A stretch of 46,018 nucleotides of DNA from Bdellovibrionia bacterium (GTDB lineage: Bacteria; Bdellovibrionota; UBA1018). Below the pieces are notes generated by a model that was not told the DNA's origin, did no database searches, and worked only from the letters and a program-made list of their open reading frames with translations. This document shows positions 9,158 to 17,434 of this stretch, one piece after another (position 1 is the first letter of the stretch; every line of letters starts with the position of its first letter). A program made the translations under genes and the position numbers. The stretch covers positions 1-46,018 of the forward strand of contig JBJMMA010000040.1 of the NCBI GenBank assembly GCA_045805065.1, in the 5' to 3' direction.

Positions 9158-10168
9158 ATGACCCAGAAACCGCTCCCAGACCAAATCCCTACCGCCTTCA
9201 CACGCCTGCTTGGCTGCCGCTACCCCATCATCGCAGCCCCGATGTTCTTGGTCAGCGACGAGAACTTGGTGACTGCAGCGAGCGAAGCCGGTGCCTTAGG
9301 CGGCATGCCTTCTCTGAACTGGCGCAAAACCGAAGACTTCAGAAAAGCGGTTCAAACTATCAAGTCGCGCACATCCAAGCCGTTTGCGGTCAACCTGATC
9401 GTCAACCAATCCAACATCCGGCAACACGCGGACCTTGAGGTTTGCGCTGAAGAGAAAGTCCCGCTCGTGATTACGTCTTTAGGAAACCCTAAAAAGACTA
9501 TCCAGAAAATGCATGAAGTCGGATGCAAGGTTTTCTGCGACGTCACGACCCTGGAGTTTGCCAAGAAGGTGGAAGACCTCGGCGCGGATGGCGTGATCGC
9601 AGTATCATCTGGAGCGGGCGGACACGCGGGCCCGATCTCCCCCCTCGTACTCATCCCTTATCTGAAGAAGCATCTTAAAATCCCGGTCGTGCTCGCAGGC
9701 GGAATCGCCACCGGAGATCAGATCGCAGCAGCGCTTCTTCTGGGAGCATCCGCTGTGCAGGTCGGCACGCGCTTCATCGCTTCACAAGAAGCAAAGGTGG
9801 ACGATAACTACAAAAAAGCGATCTTGAACGCTGACCCTGAGGACATTGTTCTTACCAAAAAAATCTCGGGCACTCCGGCCGCAGTCATTCGCACGCCTTA
9901 CATCGATAAGGTTGGCCTGGAGCTCAACCCGATTGAGGAGTTTCTCTACAAGCATCCTCAATCCCGAAAATATATGAAGATGCTTCGCTACTACCTGGGC
10001 CAAAAGGCGCTTGAGAAAGCAGCATCCAACGTCACGTGGAAAGAAGTCTGGAGCGCAGGCCAGGGCGTGGGTCTCATTGAAGAGATCCTGCCGACGTCTG
10101 AGATCGTGCAGAAACTTGTGCGTGAATGTGCCGAATCGATCGGCGCAGTCTCTACAATTTTAGGATGA
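9158..10168 (+). CDS. nitronate monooxygenase / FabK-like FMN-dependent oxidoreductase
   Basis: PIIAAPM, GAGGHAG, LAGGIATG, VQVGTRFIAS and WSAGQGVG. ATG 9158 chosen over TTG 9104. Confidence 0.9.
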   Translation: MTQKPLPDQIPTAFTRLLGCRYPIIAAPMFLVSDENLVTAASEAGALGGMPSLNWRKTEDFRKAVQTIKSRTSKPFAVNLIVNQSNIRQHADLEVCAEEKVPLVITSLGNPKKTIQKMHEVGCKVFCDVTTLEFAKKVEDLGADGVIAVSSGAGGHAGPISPLVLIPYLKKHLKIPVVLAGGIATGDQIAAALLLGASAVQVGTRFIASQEAKVDDNYKKAILNADPEDIVLTKKISGTPAAVIRTPYIDKVGLELNPIEEFLYKHPQSRKYMKMLRYYLGQKALEKAASNVTWKEVWSAGQGVGLIEEILPTSEIVQKLVRECAESIGAVSTILG

Positions 10169-10748
10169 AAACGATTCCGATCGCGACGCCCAGGGCGGCC
10201 GGGACCACGGATCTGCGACGAAGTGCCCAGCTCACGATCTGATTGAGGCGGCTGGGATGATTCCAGATGAAGCGCCCCATCGCAATCACAAGCACGCCCG
10301 CGATCACAGTGCCGAATGCGAAAGCAGCCGCAGCTGAGAGATAGCCAATTCCCAAGTTATGGCCTTTGACCATGACGGGAATCAGGGACTCGCACGGACC
10401 CAGGAGCGAGAGAACAGCCACTGCTCCCCAAATGCGATTGGAGCCCAGGCGAAGCACTTCGCGAATGCGGTTAAAGCGCACACTTCTGAGCGCCGCAGCA
10501 AGCACCACCAGAGCGACTGAGGCTGGAAAGAGCCAGCGCGAATCAAAGCTCAAAAGAACCGGGCGAATCGCGAGATAAATCAAAAACCCGAACGCGAGAT
10601 GAAAACTCAGAGCAAGAAGCGAGAGCATCACCGTTTTGGTCATGCCCCACTTTCTTTGCCAGCTTGAGAGCGAGAGTGGCATCCAATGGTCTGGAGCCAA
10701 CATATGTACTGCGCCAGCAAATGCGGCCAAAGTCAGAAGTGAGTGCAT
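10152..10748 (-). CDS. membrane protein, NicO/RcnA/DsbD_2-like (possible Ni/Co transporter)
   Basis: GAVHMLAPDHW and LGPCESLIP motifs; about six TM segments. Confidence 0.65.
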   Translation of the reverse strand: MHSLLTLAAFAGAVHMLAPDHWMPLSLSSWQRKWGMTKTVMLSLLALSFHLAFGFLIYLAIRPVLLSFDSRWLFPASVALVVLAAALRSVRFNRIREVLRLGSNRIWGAVAVLSLLGPCESLIPVMVKGHNLGIGYLSAAAAFAFGTVIAGVLVIAMGRFIWNHPSRLNQIVSWALRRRSVVPAALGVAIGIVFILKL

Positions 10749-10805
10749 CCCTTGGGCGTATCGTTCGATCGCGTCAGGGTCAAGATCGGGTGCGTTAAGT
10801 CGGGG

Positions 10806-11615
10806 TTACTGGGTTGGGCCGATCACGCACTCGCCGCGAACCTTATCATTAGTCTGCAAGACCGACGAAATCCGTTCTTGAATTGAACTCACGCTCGCGC
10901 GCCAGATCCGCGAGGAGATGCTCATGGAAGCCGTATTCTTGAGAATCGGATACATGACCGCCTGAAAATAAGGATGATCGGTTCCGCCCTTGAGGGCTTT
11001 ACATGCAACGTAGCTTGCATCCCCATCCTTCATATTGCAGCTGTGATCGAGCCCGAGTGCATGGCCGAACTCATGAGAGAAGGCTTGATCAAACTGGCCC
11101 GCGTTCAGAAGCGAGGGGTTCATGTAGATGATCTGTCGCTGCAGATCGTTTTCGCTCGAACCATAGCAGCGAATGGTTGCGCCCGGAGTTGTGTCAACAA
11201 ACCCGATCGAGGTCCAATGCGATTGATTCTGCTCGCGTACGACATAGAAGTCATGTTCTCCCCCGAGATCCGAACTGCACTGATGGGGGTCCATCGACCT
11301 AAAGCCCGAAGGAATCGCTCCAAAGCGCAATTGAAAGACTTGTTCAACCCCAAAGCTTTTGCCTGCCTCGTTCCATTCCCGAATCGTTGCGGAAATGGAT
11401 TCACGCTCCTGCGAATTGAACTGATCATCCGCTGTCACTTGAACAGGAAACTCCGCAACCCGGCCCATAATGGAGCCCTTTTGATCGGCGCTGATTGCGC
11501 AGTTCTTTGAGAGATTCTCGTGCTTGGCGCAGCTCAGGACTCCGAATAAGGTCAGTGCGAAACTGAGTGCCCTGAGTGAAGTAAGTGCAGTGAATCCTGT
11601 CCTATGACCGATCAT
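10806..11615 (-). CDS. matrixin-like (metzincin) zinc metalloprotease lipoprotein
   Basis: HEFGHALGLDH zinc motif, Met-turn AVMYP and lipobox VLSC. Start uncertain (11615 or 11651). Confidence 0.85.
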   Translation of the reverse strand: MIGHRTGFTALTSLRALSFALTLFGVLSCAKHENLSKNCAISADQKGSIMGRVAEFPVQVTADDQFNSQERESISATIREWNEAGKSFGVEQVFQLRFGAIPSGFRSMDPHQCSSDLGGEHDFYVVREQNQSHWTSIGFVDTTPGATIRCYGSSENDLQRQIIYMNPSLLNAGQFDQAFSHEFGHALGLDHSCNMKDGDASYVACKALKGGTDHPYFQAVMYPILKNTASMSISSRIWRASVSSIQERISSVLQTNDKVRGECVIGPTQ

Positions 11616-11701
11616 GGTCGCTAACTGATCATACCGTACGGATATAGTCAACTAATTTTAACAACTTCTTATTACGATTCTTTAGTCGAAGATTGATAAA
11701 T

Positions 11702-11728
11702 TAATTCGAAAATCGTCTAAGCCGATGT
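11702..11728 (+). promoter_or_regulatory. putative sigma28 (FliA) promoter
   Basis: TAAT-N15-GCCGATGT compared with the consensus TAAA-N15-GCCGATAA, about 50 bp upstream of the LuxR-REC-PilZ gene. Confidence 0.5.
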
Positions 11729-11775
11729 AAGGGAATGATTTAGAACCCAGAAAATCTGTTCAGCAATTGAGTAAA

Positions 11776-12819
11776 ATGAGCCAAATACCGGTTAAATCAG
11801 TCATGAAACCCGAGATTGAGGAATTTGCCTCGCGCTACGGCTTGAGCCCGCGTGAGACAGAGGTATTTGCTCTTCTGACTCACAAGATCGTCCACTTCAA
11901 GGAGATCGCGGCTCATCTTAAGCTCAGCCCAAGCACCGTAAACAACCACTTCAAGAGCATTTTTGAAAAGACGGGCACCAACAGCAAGTCTGAGCTTCTT
12001 GCCAATTTTCTCAAACACGTCGTCACCAAACTCAATCACTGTCGCCATCTCGTGAGAAAGCCTCATGTGTTGGTCATCGACGACGAAGCAGACATTTGCG
12101 AATTCATCTCCGATGAGCTGACCCAGCGCGGAATGAAAGTTTACAGCTTCTCCAATCCGAAGGACGCTCTTCGTTCATTGCCATCCATGAAGCTGGATGT
12201 CGTGATCTCCGACATTCGCATGCCGGGCATGGACGGAACCGAGCTTCTGAAGGAAATCAGAAAAACGCATCATTACTTCCCTTCCATTCTCTTTGTCTCA
12301 GGCTACAGCAAGCATGAAGCGCTGGACCAGATCATGAACATGGGAGCCGTTGCGCTTCTTGAGAAGCCCATCGACATGAATCGCCTGTTCAGCCTGATCA
12401 TGGAGCAATTCATCGAGGACGTTCAGGAGCGCACAAAGTACATGCGCACCGCGGAACATATCCCGACCGTGATCAATGAGAAGTTCCATCTTGAGATCGG
12501 CAGTATCGGTTTTGGCGGCGTTTTCATCCCAAAAAACGATGAGAAGAGCGACGGAGAGTCTGTTTACGACAGCCTGGAGATTGGCAGCCTGGTTTCGTTC
12601 CAGTTCAAGCTTGGACAGGATGATGGAACGATCACCGCAGTCGGCGAAGTCGCCTGGAAGCGCGACCAAGCAAAAGAAGGCCTGCCTCCTGGAATGGGCG
12701 TTAAGTTTGTTCAAATCTCCGATGAAGATCGGGAAAAGATTCTCGACTACTCGCGTCTTCATCGCATCCTGAGCTTCATTCCGATGGGCTCCACGACTTC
12801 GCTCAAAGAATCAGTCTAA
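11776..12819 (+). CDS. LuxR-HTH + receiver + PilZ-like multidomain response regulator
   Basis: LSPRETEV...EIAAHLKLSPSTVNNHFKSIFEK (LuxR); VIDDE...ISDIRMPGMDG...EKP (REC); GGVFI...GEVAW...GMGVKF (PilZ). Confidence 0.85.
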   Translation: MSQIPVKSVMKPEIEEFASRYGLSPRETEVFALLTHKIVHFKEIAAHLKLSPSTVNNHFKSIFEKTGTNSKSELLANFLKHVVTKLNHCRHLVRKPHVLVIDDEADICEFISDELTQRGMKVYSFSNPKDALRSLPSMKLDVVISDIRMPGMDGTELLKEIRKTHHYFPSILFVSGYSKHEALDQIMNMGAVALLEKPIDMNRLFSLIMEQFIEDVQERTKYMRTAEHIPTVINEKFHLEIGSIGFGGVFIPKNDEKSDGESVYDSLEIGSLVSFQFKLGQDDGTITAVGEVAWKRDQAKEGLPPGMGVKFVQISDEDREKILDYSRLHRILSFIPMGSTTSLKESV

Positions 12820-12919
12820 GCCGACTGTTCTTGCGCACGAGAATTGCTTCAGCAAACTGAGTTTTCTTAATCAGCGCTGCCTCGCGGCAACGCATGCACC
12901 CAACTCAGGAGGCCTACTC

Positions 12920-13354
12920 ATGGACGCACTGGAAATGCTGAAAGCCGATCATCAACGCGTTTCTGAACTCTTCGACCAGCTTCAACAAGCGGACGATATC
13001 GATCAAAAAAGGGACATCTTTGAATTGATCCGCGACGAGCTGAATGCACATGCCGATCTTGAAGAGAACTACTTCTATCCTCTTTTCAAATCAAAAGAAG
13101 GCTTCGAGGACCTGATCGACGAATCCTATGATGATCACGCCGAAGTGAGAGACCTGATCGAGGAAATCGACTCACTGGACGACGAGAGCGAAATTGAAGA
13201 CCGTTTTGACGAACTTCAGGAAGTCGTCGATGGCCACGTGAACGAAGAAGAACATGATCTCTTTCCCAAGGTGAGAAAGGTCATGGATCAGGAAGCCCTG
13301 GATAAATTGGGTGAAGAGCTCATGGCCGCAAAGGCTCCTCCTCGCGCTGCTTAG
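12920..13354 (+). CDS. hemerythrin (HHE) domain protein
   Basis: DHQRV, HADLEE..FYP, DHAEV and HVNEEE.DLFP; AGGAGG RBS. Confidence 0.9.
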   Translation: MDALEMLKADHQRVSELFDQLQQADDIDQKRDIFELIRDELNAHADLEENYFYPLFKSKEGFEDLIDESYDDHAEVRDLIEEIDSLDDESEIEDRFDELQEVVDGHVNEEEHDLFPKVRKVMDQEALDKLGEELMAAKAPPRAA

Positions 13355-13490
13355 TCGCTCTATTTGAATCACGCAGGCGATTTGACCGAGGATCGTCAAA
13401 ATTCCATCATCCGGATCTGCATTTTTTTTAAAGTGGGGCTGAATAAAAGAAATCTCTCGTGTTATTCTTTCTATGCCACGAGGAATATGA

Positions 13491-14882
13491 ATGAATTTTA
13501 CCACCCTTCATCCTCCGCTGATTGCAGATCCGGATCCTCAATTCTTGCTCAAGTTAGCAGAGGATAACGGTGCTTCGCTTTCTCCACCGGTGACTGTCAC
13601 GACCTGCAAGGCGCTTGAAGACCAACTCGATCACGGCCGTTACGTTTTCTCAGGCATTTTCGTCAATCTGGCGATTGCCGGAAAAGACACCGTGAAAATT
13701 CTCACCAAGATCCGTCGCACGCGTCCAAGTACCCCCATTTTCCTGATCTGTGACGAGTCAGCGTCACATCCTGAGCCCATTTCCCGTGAGTTTTTGAAAT
13801 CCCTGACGGTGCACGAGCAGGTCTTCAAACCGCTGACTTACATGCAGGTTCTCAAACGCGCGAATTCGGCACAGATGCCGGAAGCGCAGCACATCCAGCA
13901 CATGGAAGAAGCCCCTGTCAGCGGCAAAGTCGAGATCGCGGGAAACGACAACGAATACCTCCCCGTTCTCACTTCGCAGTTTCTCGCGGGCTCACCGTCG
14001 CACTTCGGTCTTTACATCCGCCTCTCGGAAAAACGCTTCATCAAAATCCTGAGAAGGGGCGACACACTGGGACACGATCGCCTGGAGTTTTATCGAAAGA
14101 AAGCGATTGAGCAGTTCTACATTCAGAGAAACGAGTACGAGGGTTTTCTTGATTACTGCAGCGAGAATCTCCAGGAGATTCTGAATAACCCCAAAATCGG
14201 CGCGCGAGAAAAGACGCGCCTCACGCTTCAGCACGGACAGCAGGTCATGGCGTTTCTGCAGTCCCGCAAGATCGCGCCGCAGATGCTCCGCCACGCGCAA
14301 GAGTTCGTGAACAGCGTGCACAAGCTGACCGACCATCTTAAGCTAGATGAAATCTCTGACATCAAGAGCCAGCTTCAGGATCCTGCTTTCCGCGACCATG
14401 CTTCCGCAAGCACTCTGATCAGCGCCATCCTCAGTCACCGGCTGGGGCTGCGAGGGGAGAAAATGACATCGCTTGTGGGCACCGCAAGTTTTCTTCACGA
14501 CATTGGCCTGCCCCACCCTACGACTCAAAAGTTTCTGGATGGCGACTTGGAGGCCATGTCAGAAGAGGAGCTCACGATTTACTTTGAGCACCCTAAACGT
14601 GGCGCTGAGATGCTCAAGAAACTGGGGCGGCTCGAACCCCTGGCGATTCAGGCCATCGCCCAACACCATGAGCGCCGCGATCGAAAAGGTTTCCCTGGAC
14701 AGCTCGGCGCAGGTCAGATCAACTTGATTTCCGAAGTCGTCGGGATCAGCGATGAGTTCATGCAACAGGTGTCCCTGAGCTCAAAGCATGGGAATCTTGA
14801 TCCAATTCGCCAGATGGAAGAACACTGCTTTAATGGCTTCTCCGCTTCCGTGATCGATGCTTTCCGGAAGTGTTTTGGCTAG
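13491..14882 (+). CDS. HD-GYP-like phosphohydrolase with N-terminal pseudo-receiver domain
   Basis: LHDIG, EHP..G and QHHERRDRKGFP. The N-terminus is REC-like but has N at the expected phosphoacceptor position. Confidence 0.8.
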   Translation: MNFTTLHPPLIADPDPQFLLKLAEDNGASLSPPVTVTTCKALEDQLDHGRYVFSGIFVNLAIAGKDTVKILTKIRRTRPSTPIFLICDESASHPEPISREFLKSLTVHEQVFKPLTYMQVLKRANSAQMPEAQHIQHMEEAPVSGKVEIAGNDNEYLPVLTSQFLAGSPSHFGLYIRLSEKRFIKILRRGDTLGHDRLEFYRKKAIEQFYIQRNEYEGFLDYCSENLQEILNNPKIGAREKTRLTLQHGQQVMAFLQSRKIAPQMLRHAQEFVNSVHKLTDHLKLDEISDIKSQLQDPAFRDHASASTLISAILSHRLGLRGEKMTSLVGTASFLHDIGLPHPTTQKFLDGDLEAMSEEELTIYFEHPKRGAEMLKKLGRLEPLAIQAIAQHHERRDRKGFPGQLGAGQINLISEVVGISDEFMQQVSLSSKHGNLDPIRQMEEHCFNGFSASVIDAFRKCFG

Positions 14883-15069
14883 AATCGATAAATATTGGAT
14901 TGCATTGGCGGAACATTGGTATTAATAAGAGTTCCTTACGCTTATTAGGAATGTGATTTAGTCTGCCTGATTCAAAGCGGACAATAAAAAGTTTAATGCT
15001 ATCAGATAGATAGCTCATTAAGACCGAGTTTCGGTCACTATTAATGTCATTTTAGGAGACGATGAAGTT

Positions 15070-15276
15070 ATGGCAACACCAAAGAAAAAGATTTCCAGAA
15101 GCCGCCGGAATATGCGCCGTTTTGCGAGTGGCAATCAATTGGATAAGCCAACCATCATCACCAGCGCTGTGAACCAAGAGCTCACTCGCCCGCATCGCAT
15201 TACCCGCGAACTTCTCGCTAGCGGCCGTTACCTCGAAGCAACGGCAAGCTTCCAGAAGCGCCAAAAGAACAGCTAA
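15070..15276 (+). CDS. rpmF: 50S ribosomal protein L32
   Basis: MATPKKKISRSRRNMRR...RPHRI; AGGAG RBS. Confidence 0.9.
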   Translation: MATPKKKISRSRRNMRRFASGNQLDKPTIITSAVNQELTRPHRITRELLASGRYLEATASFQKRQKNS

Positions 15277-15307
15277 TTCGCTGTCTTTGCTTTTAAGGTT
15301 TTGATTT

Positions 15308-15400
15308 AGCAAAAACCGGAGTGAATCCAGAATCCCCCAGAATTTCTTTCCAGAAATTCTTCAACGATTCAGGTATTTACTCCGGTTTTTGCTTTTCTTT
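15308..15400 (+). terminator. long rod-shaped hairpin followed by a U-tract (terminator or structured RNA)
   Basis: Outer stem AGCAAAAACCGGAGTGAAT / ATTTACTCCGGTTTTTGCT, inner stem AGAATTTCT-TTCC-AGAAATTCT, then TTTCTTT. It lies between convergent genes. Confidence 0.65.
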
Positions 15401-15411
15401 CAGTCGCCTGA

Positions 15412-15681
15412 TTATGCCGCCCGATCAGATTCTCGGTCGATTTCCCGATCGACTTCACGCTCTCTCTCAAGCCCAATCAACCCAACTCGTTCTCCAACAC
15501 GCTCCAATGGGCGAACTAAACGCAGAGCTGTACGGTTTCCCTGTCCGATCGTCAACGCCCAGGCCAACGCGATCAACGTAGGTCCGAGGTACATGATCAT
15601 CATAAAAATGTAAGCGGCCATGTACGGTTGAAGGGGAACTCCAAAGTAATCAGCACCCGAGTAAATCTGAGTAATGTCCAT
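15412..15681 (-). CDS. small hypothetical membrane protein
   Basis: 89 aa from ATG 15681, with one hydrophobic segment and a charged repetitive tail (EREREVDREIDRESDRAA). Confidence 0.55.
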   Translation of the reverse strand: MDITQIYSGADYFGVPLQPYMAAYIFMMIMYLGPTLIALAWALTIGQGNRTALRLVRPLERVGERVGLIGLEREREVDREIDRESDRAA

Positions 15682-15863
15682 AAGTGCTCTAAAAATGAGC
15701 AAGTTCCAAGCCCGACTGAGCGATCGCCTTTCAAATCCTACTACTCTGGAATATGGTGACTCTCTCACTGAGGAGAATTTGCATGAGTCAGCTACGCCAG
15801 ATGAAATACCGTTTAATCCAGAGCCGCGCTCTATCGAAAGCGCGTAGCGGCCAGGTCGCTGCA

Positions 15864-17399
15864 ATGTCCAATAAATCCTCGTTGGATAAAGCGGGTACCC
15901 CAGGGCTTGGTTTGGAATGCATTCTGGCGCCGCTTGCGCTCTCCAACAGCGGACTCTCGGCGCTGGGCCTCTCCTCCTCTCACTGGTCGGCGGATGAGAT
16001 TCAAAAGCAGTACGTTCGCAAGCTCAGGCAGCTTCAATCCGATAAGGACGAGACCACGGCTCGCAGTCTGACGATTGCTCTCTCCTCCGGCGGACAAGCC
16101 TCGTTTCTCTTTTATCATCCGGAAGCCAAAACGTTTGATCTGCATTCAGAAATGCAGAAGGCCTTTGCCGAGTTGATCAAGAACGCCGAGCGTGACTTTG
16201 ATGGAAAGGTCTCGCTCGATCTTCGTCATCTGGATTTCGATAACCAGATGCGCGCTCTGCAGGCGTTCGTGTTCCTTTGCGAGACGGCTCACTGGGAGCC
16301 TAACCGTTTTGGCCAATGCGCTCAGAAAAAAGATTCAAAGGCACCCACCATCGACGTTCAGATCCAATGTGGACTGGACGAGAAGGAAGCTCGCGCCATC
16401 GTGGATCGCGCCGTAGCTCTGGGCCGCGCGAACAACGAGGTCAGAACTCTGGCTGATCTCCCAGCCAATGAGCTCAACCCTGCCAACTACAGGGCTCGCA
16501 TTCAGGCCTATGCCCGCGAGCACGGGCTCTCGTTCGAGTTCTGGGACCGTAAGGAACTTGCACGCAAGAAAGCAGGCGCATTCCTTGCCGTGACTCGCGC
16601 CGACCCGAACACGTCCGGCGGCATCGCCATTTTAAAATACGTCCCGCGCAGCAAATCAAAAAACCGGAAGAAAATTACCCTCGTCGGTAAAGGCATCTGT
16701 TTTGACACCGGCGGATACAACATCAAGCCAGGCAACTACATGCTGGGAATGCATGGGGACATGACAGGATCCGCGCTGGCGCTGGCGCTCTGCGGATATT
16801 TTGCGCGCACGCAAGCCGACGTCGAAGTTCACGCTTACATGGCGCTTGCTGAAAATCTCATCTCGCCAACAGCATACAAGCCAAACGAAGTCGTTATCGC
16901 CTCCGATGGAACTTCGATTGAAGTCGTCGATACGGATGCCGAGGGCCGAATGATTCTTGCTGATACTCTGGCCTTTGCTCGTAAAGGAAAGCCTGATCTT
17001 CTGATTGATTATGCTACGCTCACTGGCGCTGCCATTCGTGCGCTGGATCGCAAGAAGTCTGCGGTTTTCTCGCACACCCATCGCGAGGATCTTGCCCAGA
17101 TGGCGGTCCGTTGCGGCGATCAATCAGGTGAGCGCGTCTGGTACTTCCCTCTCGATGCGGATTACCGCAAGGGACTCAAGTCCAAGATCGCAGACATTCT
17201 GCAATGCTCTGAATCCAGCAACGCCGATCATATCTATGCAGCCACGTTCCTCTCTCACTTCGTGGGATCGGAAACTCCCTGGGTGCATGTCGATCTCGTC
17301 GCTGGCGAAAGCAAGGGCGGACTGGGCCTCATCGGCACCGACACGACTGGCTTTGGCGTGCTCTGGACGGATTCTTTCGTTAAAGAATTCCTAGGCTAA
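15864..17399 (+). CDS. leucyl aminopeptidase, M17 family
   Basis: LVGKGICFDTGGYNIKP, DMTG, DTDAEGRMILAD, DYATLTGA and WVHVD. The start is uncertain. Confidence 0.92.
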   Translation: MSNKSSLDKAGTPGLGLECILAPLALSNSGLSALGLSSSHWSADEIQKQYVRKLRQLQSDKDETTARSLTIALSSGGQASFLFYHPEAKTFDLHSEMQKAFAELIKNAERDFDGKVSLDLRHLDFDNQMRALQAFVFLCETAHWEPNRFGQCAQKKDSKAPTIDVQIQCGLDEKEARAIVDRAVALGRANNEVRTLADLPANELNPANYRARIQAYAREHGLSFEFWDRKELARKKAGAFLAVTRADPNTSGGIAILKYVPRSKSKNRKKITLVGKGICFDTGGYNIKPGNYMLGMHGDMTGSALALALCGYFARTQADVEVHAYMALAENLISPTAYKPNEVVIASDGTSIEVVDTDAEGRMILADTLAFARKGKPDLLIDYATLTGAAIRALDRKKSAVFSHTHREDLAQMAVRCGDQSGERVWYFPLDADYRKGLKSKIADILQCSESSNADHIYAATFLSHFVGSETPWVHVDLVAGESKGGLGLIGTDTTGFGVLWTDSFVKEFLG

Positions 17400-17421
17400 T
17401 TCCTAGGCTAATTCCTGGGCA
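17386..17421 (+). repeat. 3 x 12-bp tandem repeat spanning the stop codon
   Basis: AATTCCTAGGCT-AATTCCTAGGCT-AATTCCTGGGCA. Confidence 0.8.
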
Positions 17422-17434
17422 ATCAAGCATCGCT

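Noticed and set aside
12832..12848. GCGCACGAGAATTGCT upstream of hemerythrin, resembling a sigma54 site
   Set aside because: It lacks the invariant GG at -24.
15308..15400. Hairpin considered as SRP RNA, 6S RNA or tRNA
   Set aside because: It has no SRP GGAA tetraloop domain, is too short for 6S and has no cloverleaf.
15753..15863. N-terminal ORF extensions from the track (also 9104, 19045, 31870, 32709, 40240, 43787)
   Set aside because: They overlap neighbouring genes or promoters; downstream starts fit the RBS, signal peptide or domain boundary better.
17386..17421. Short direct repeats considered as a CRISPR remnant or att site
   Set aside because: The 12-bp units have no spacers, and there is no cas or integrase gene in the window.
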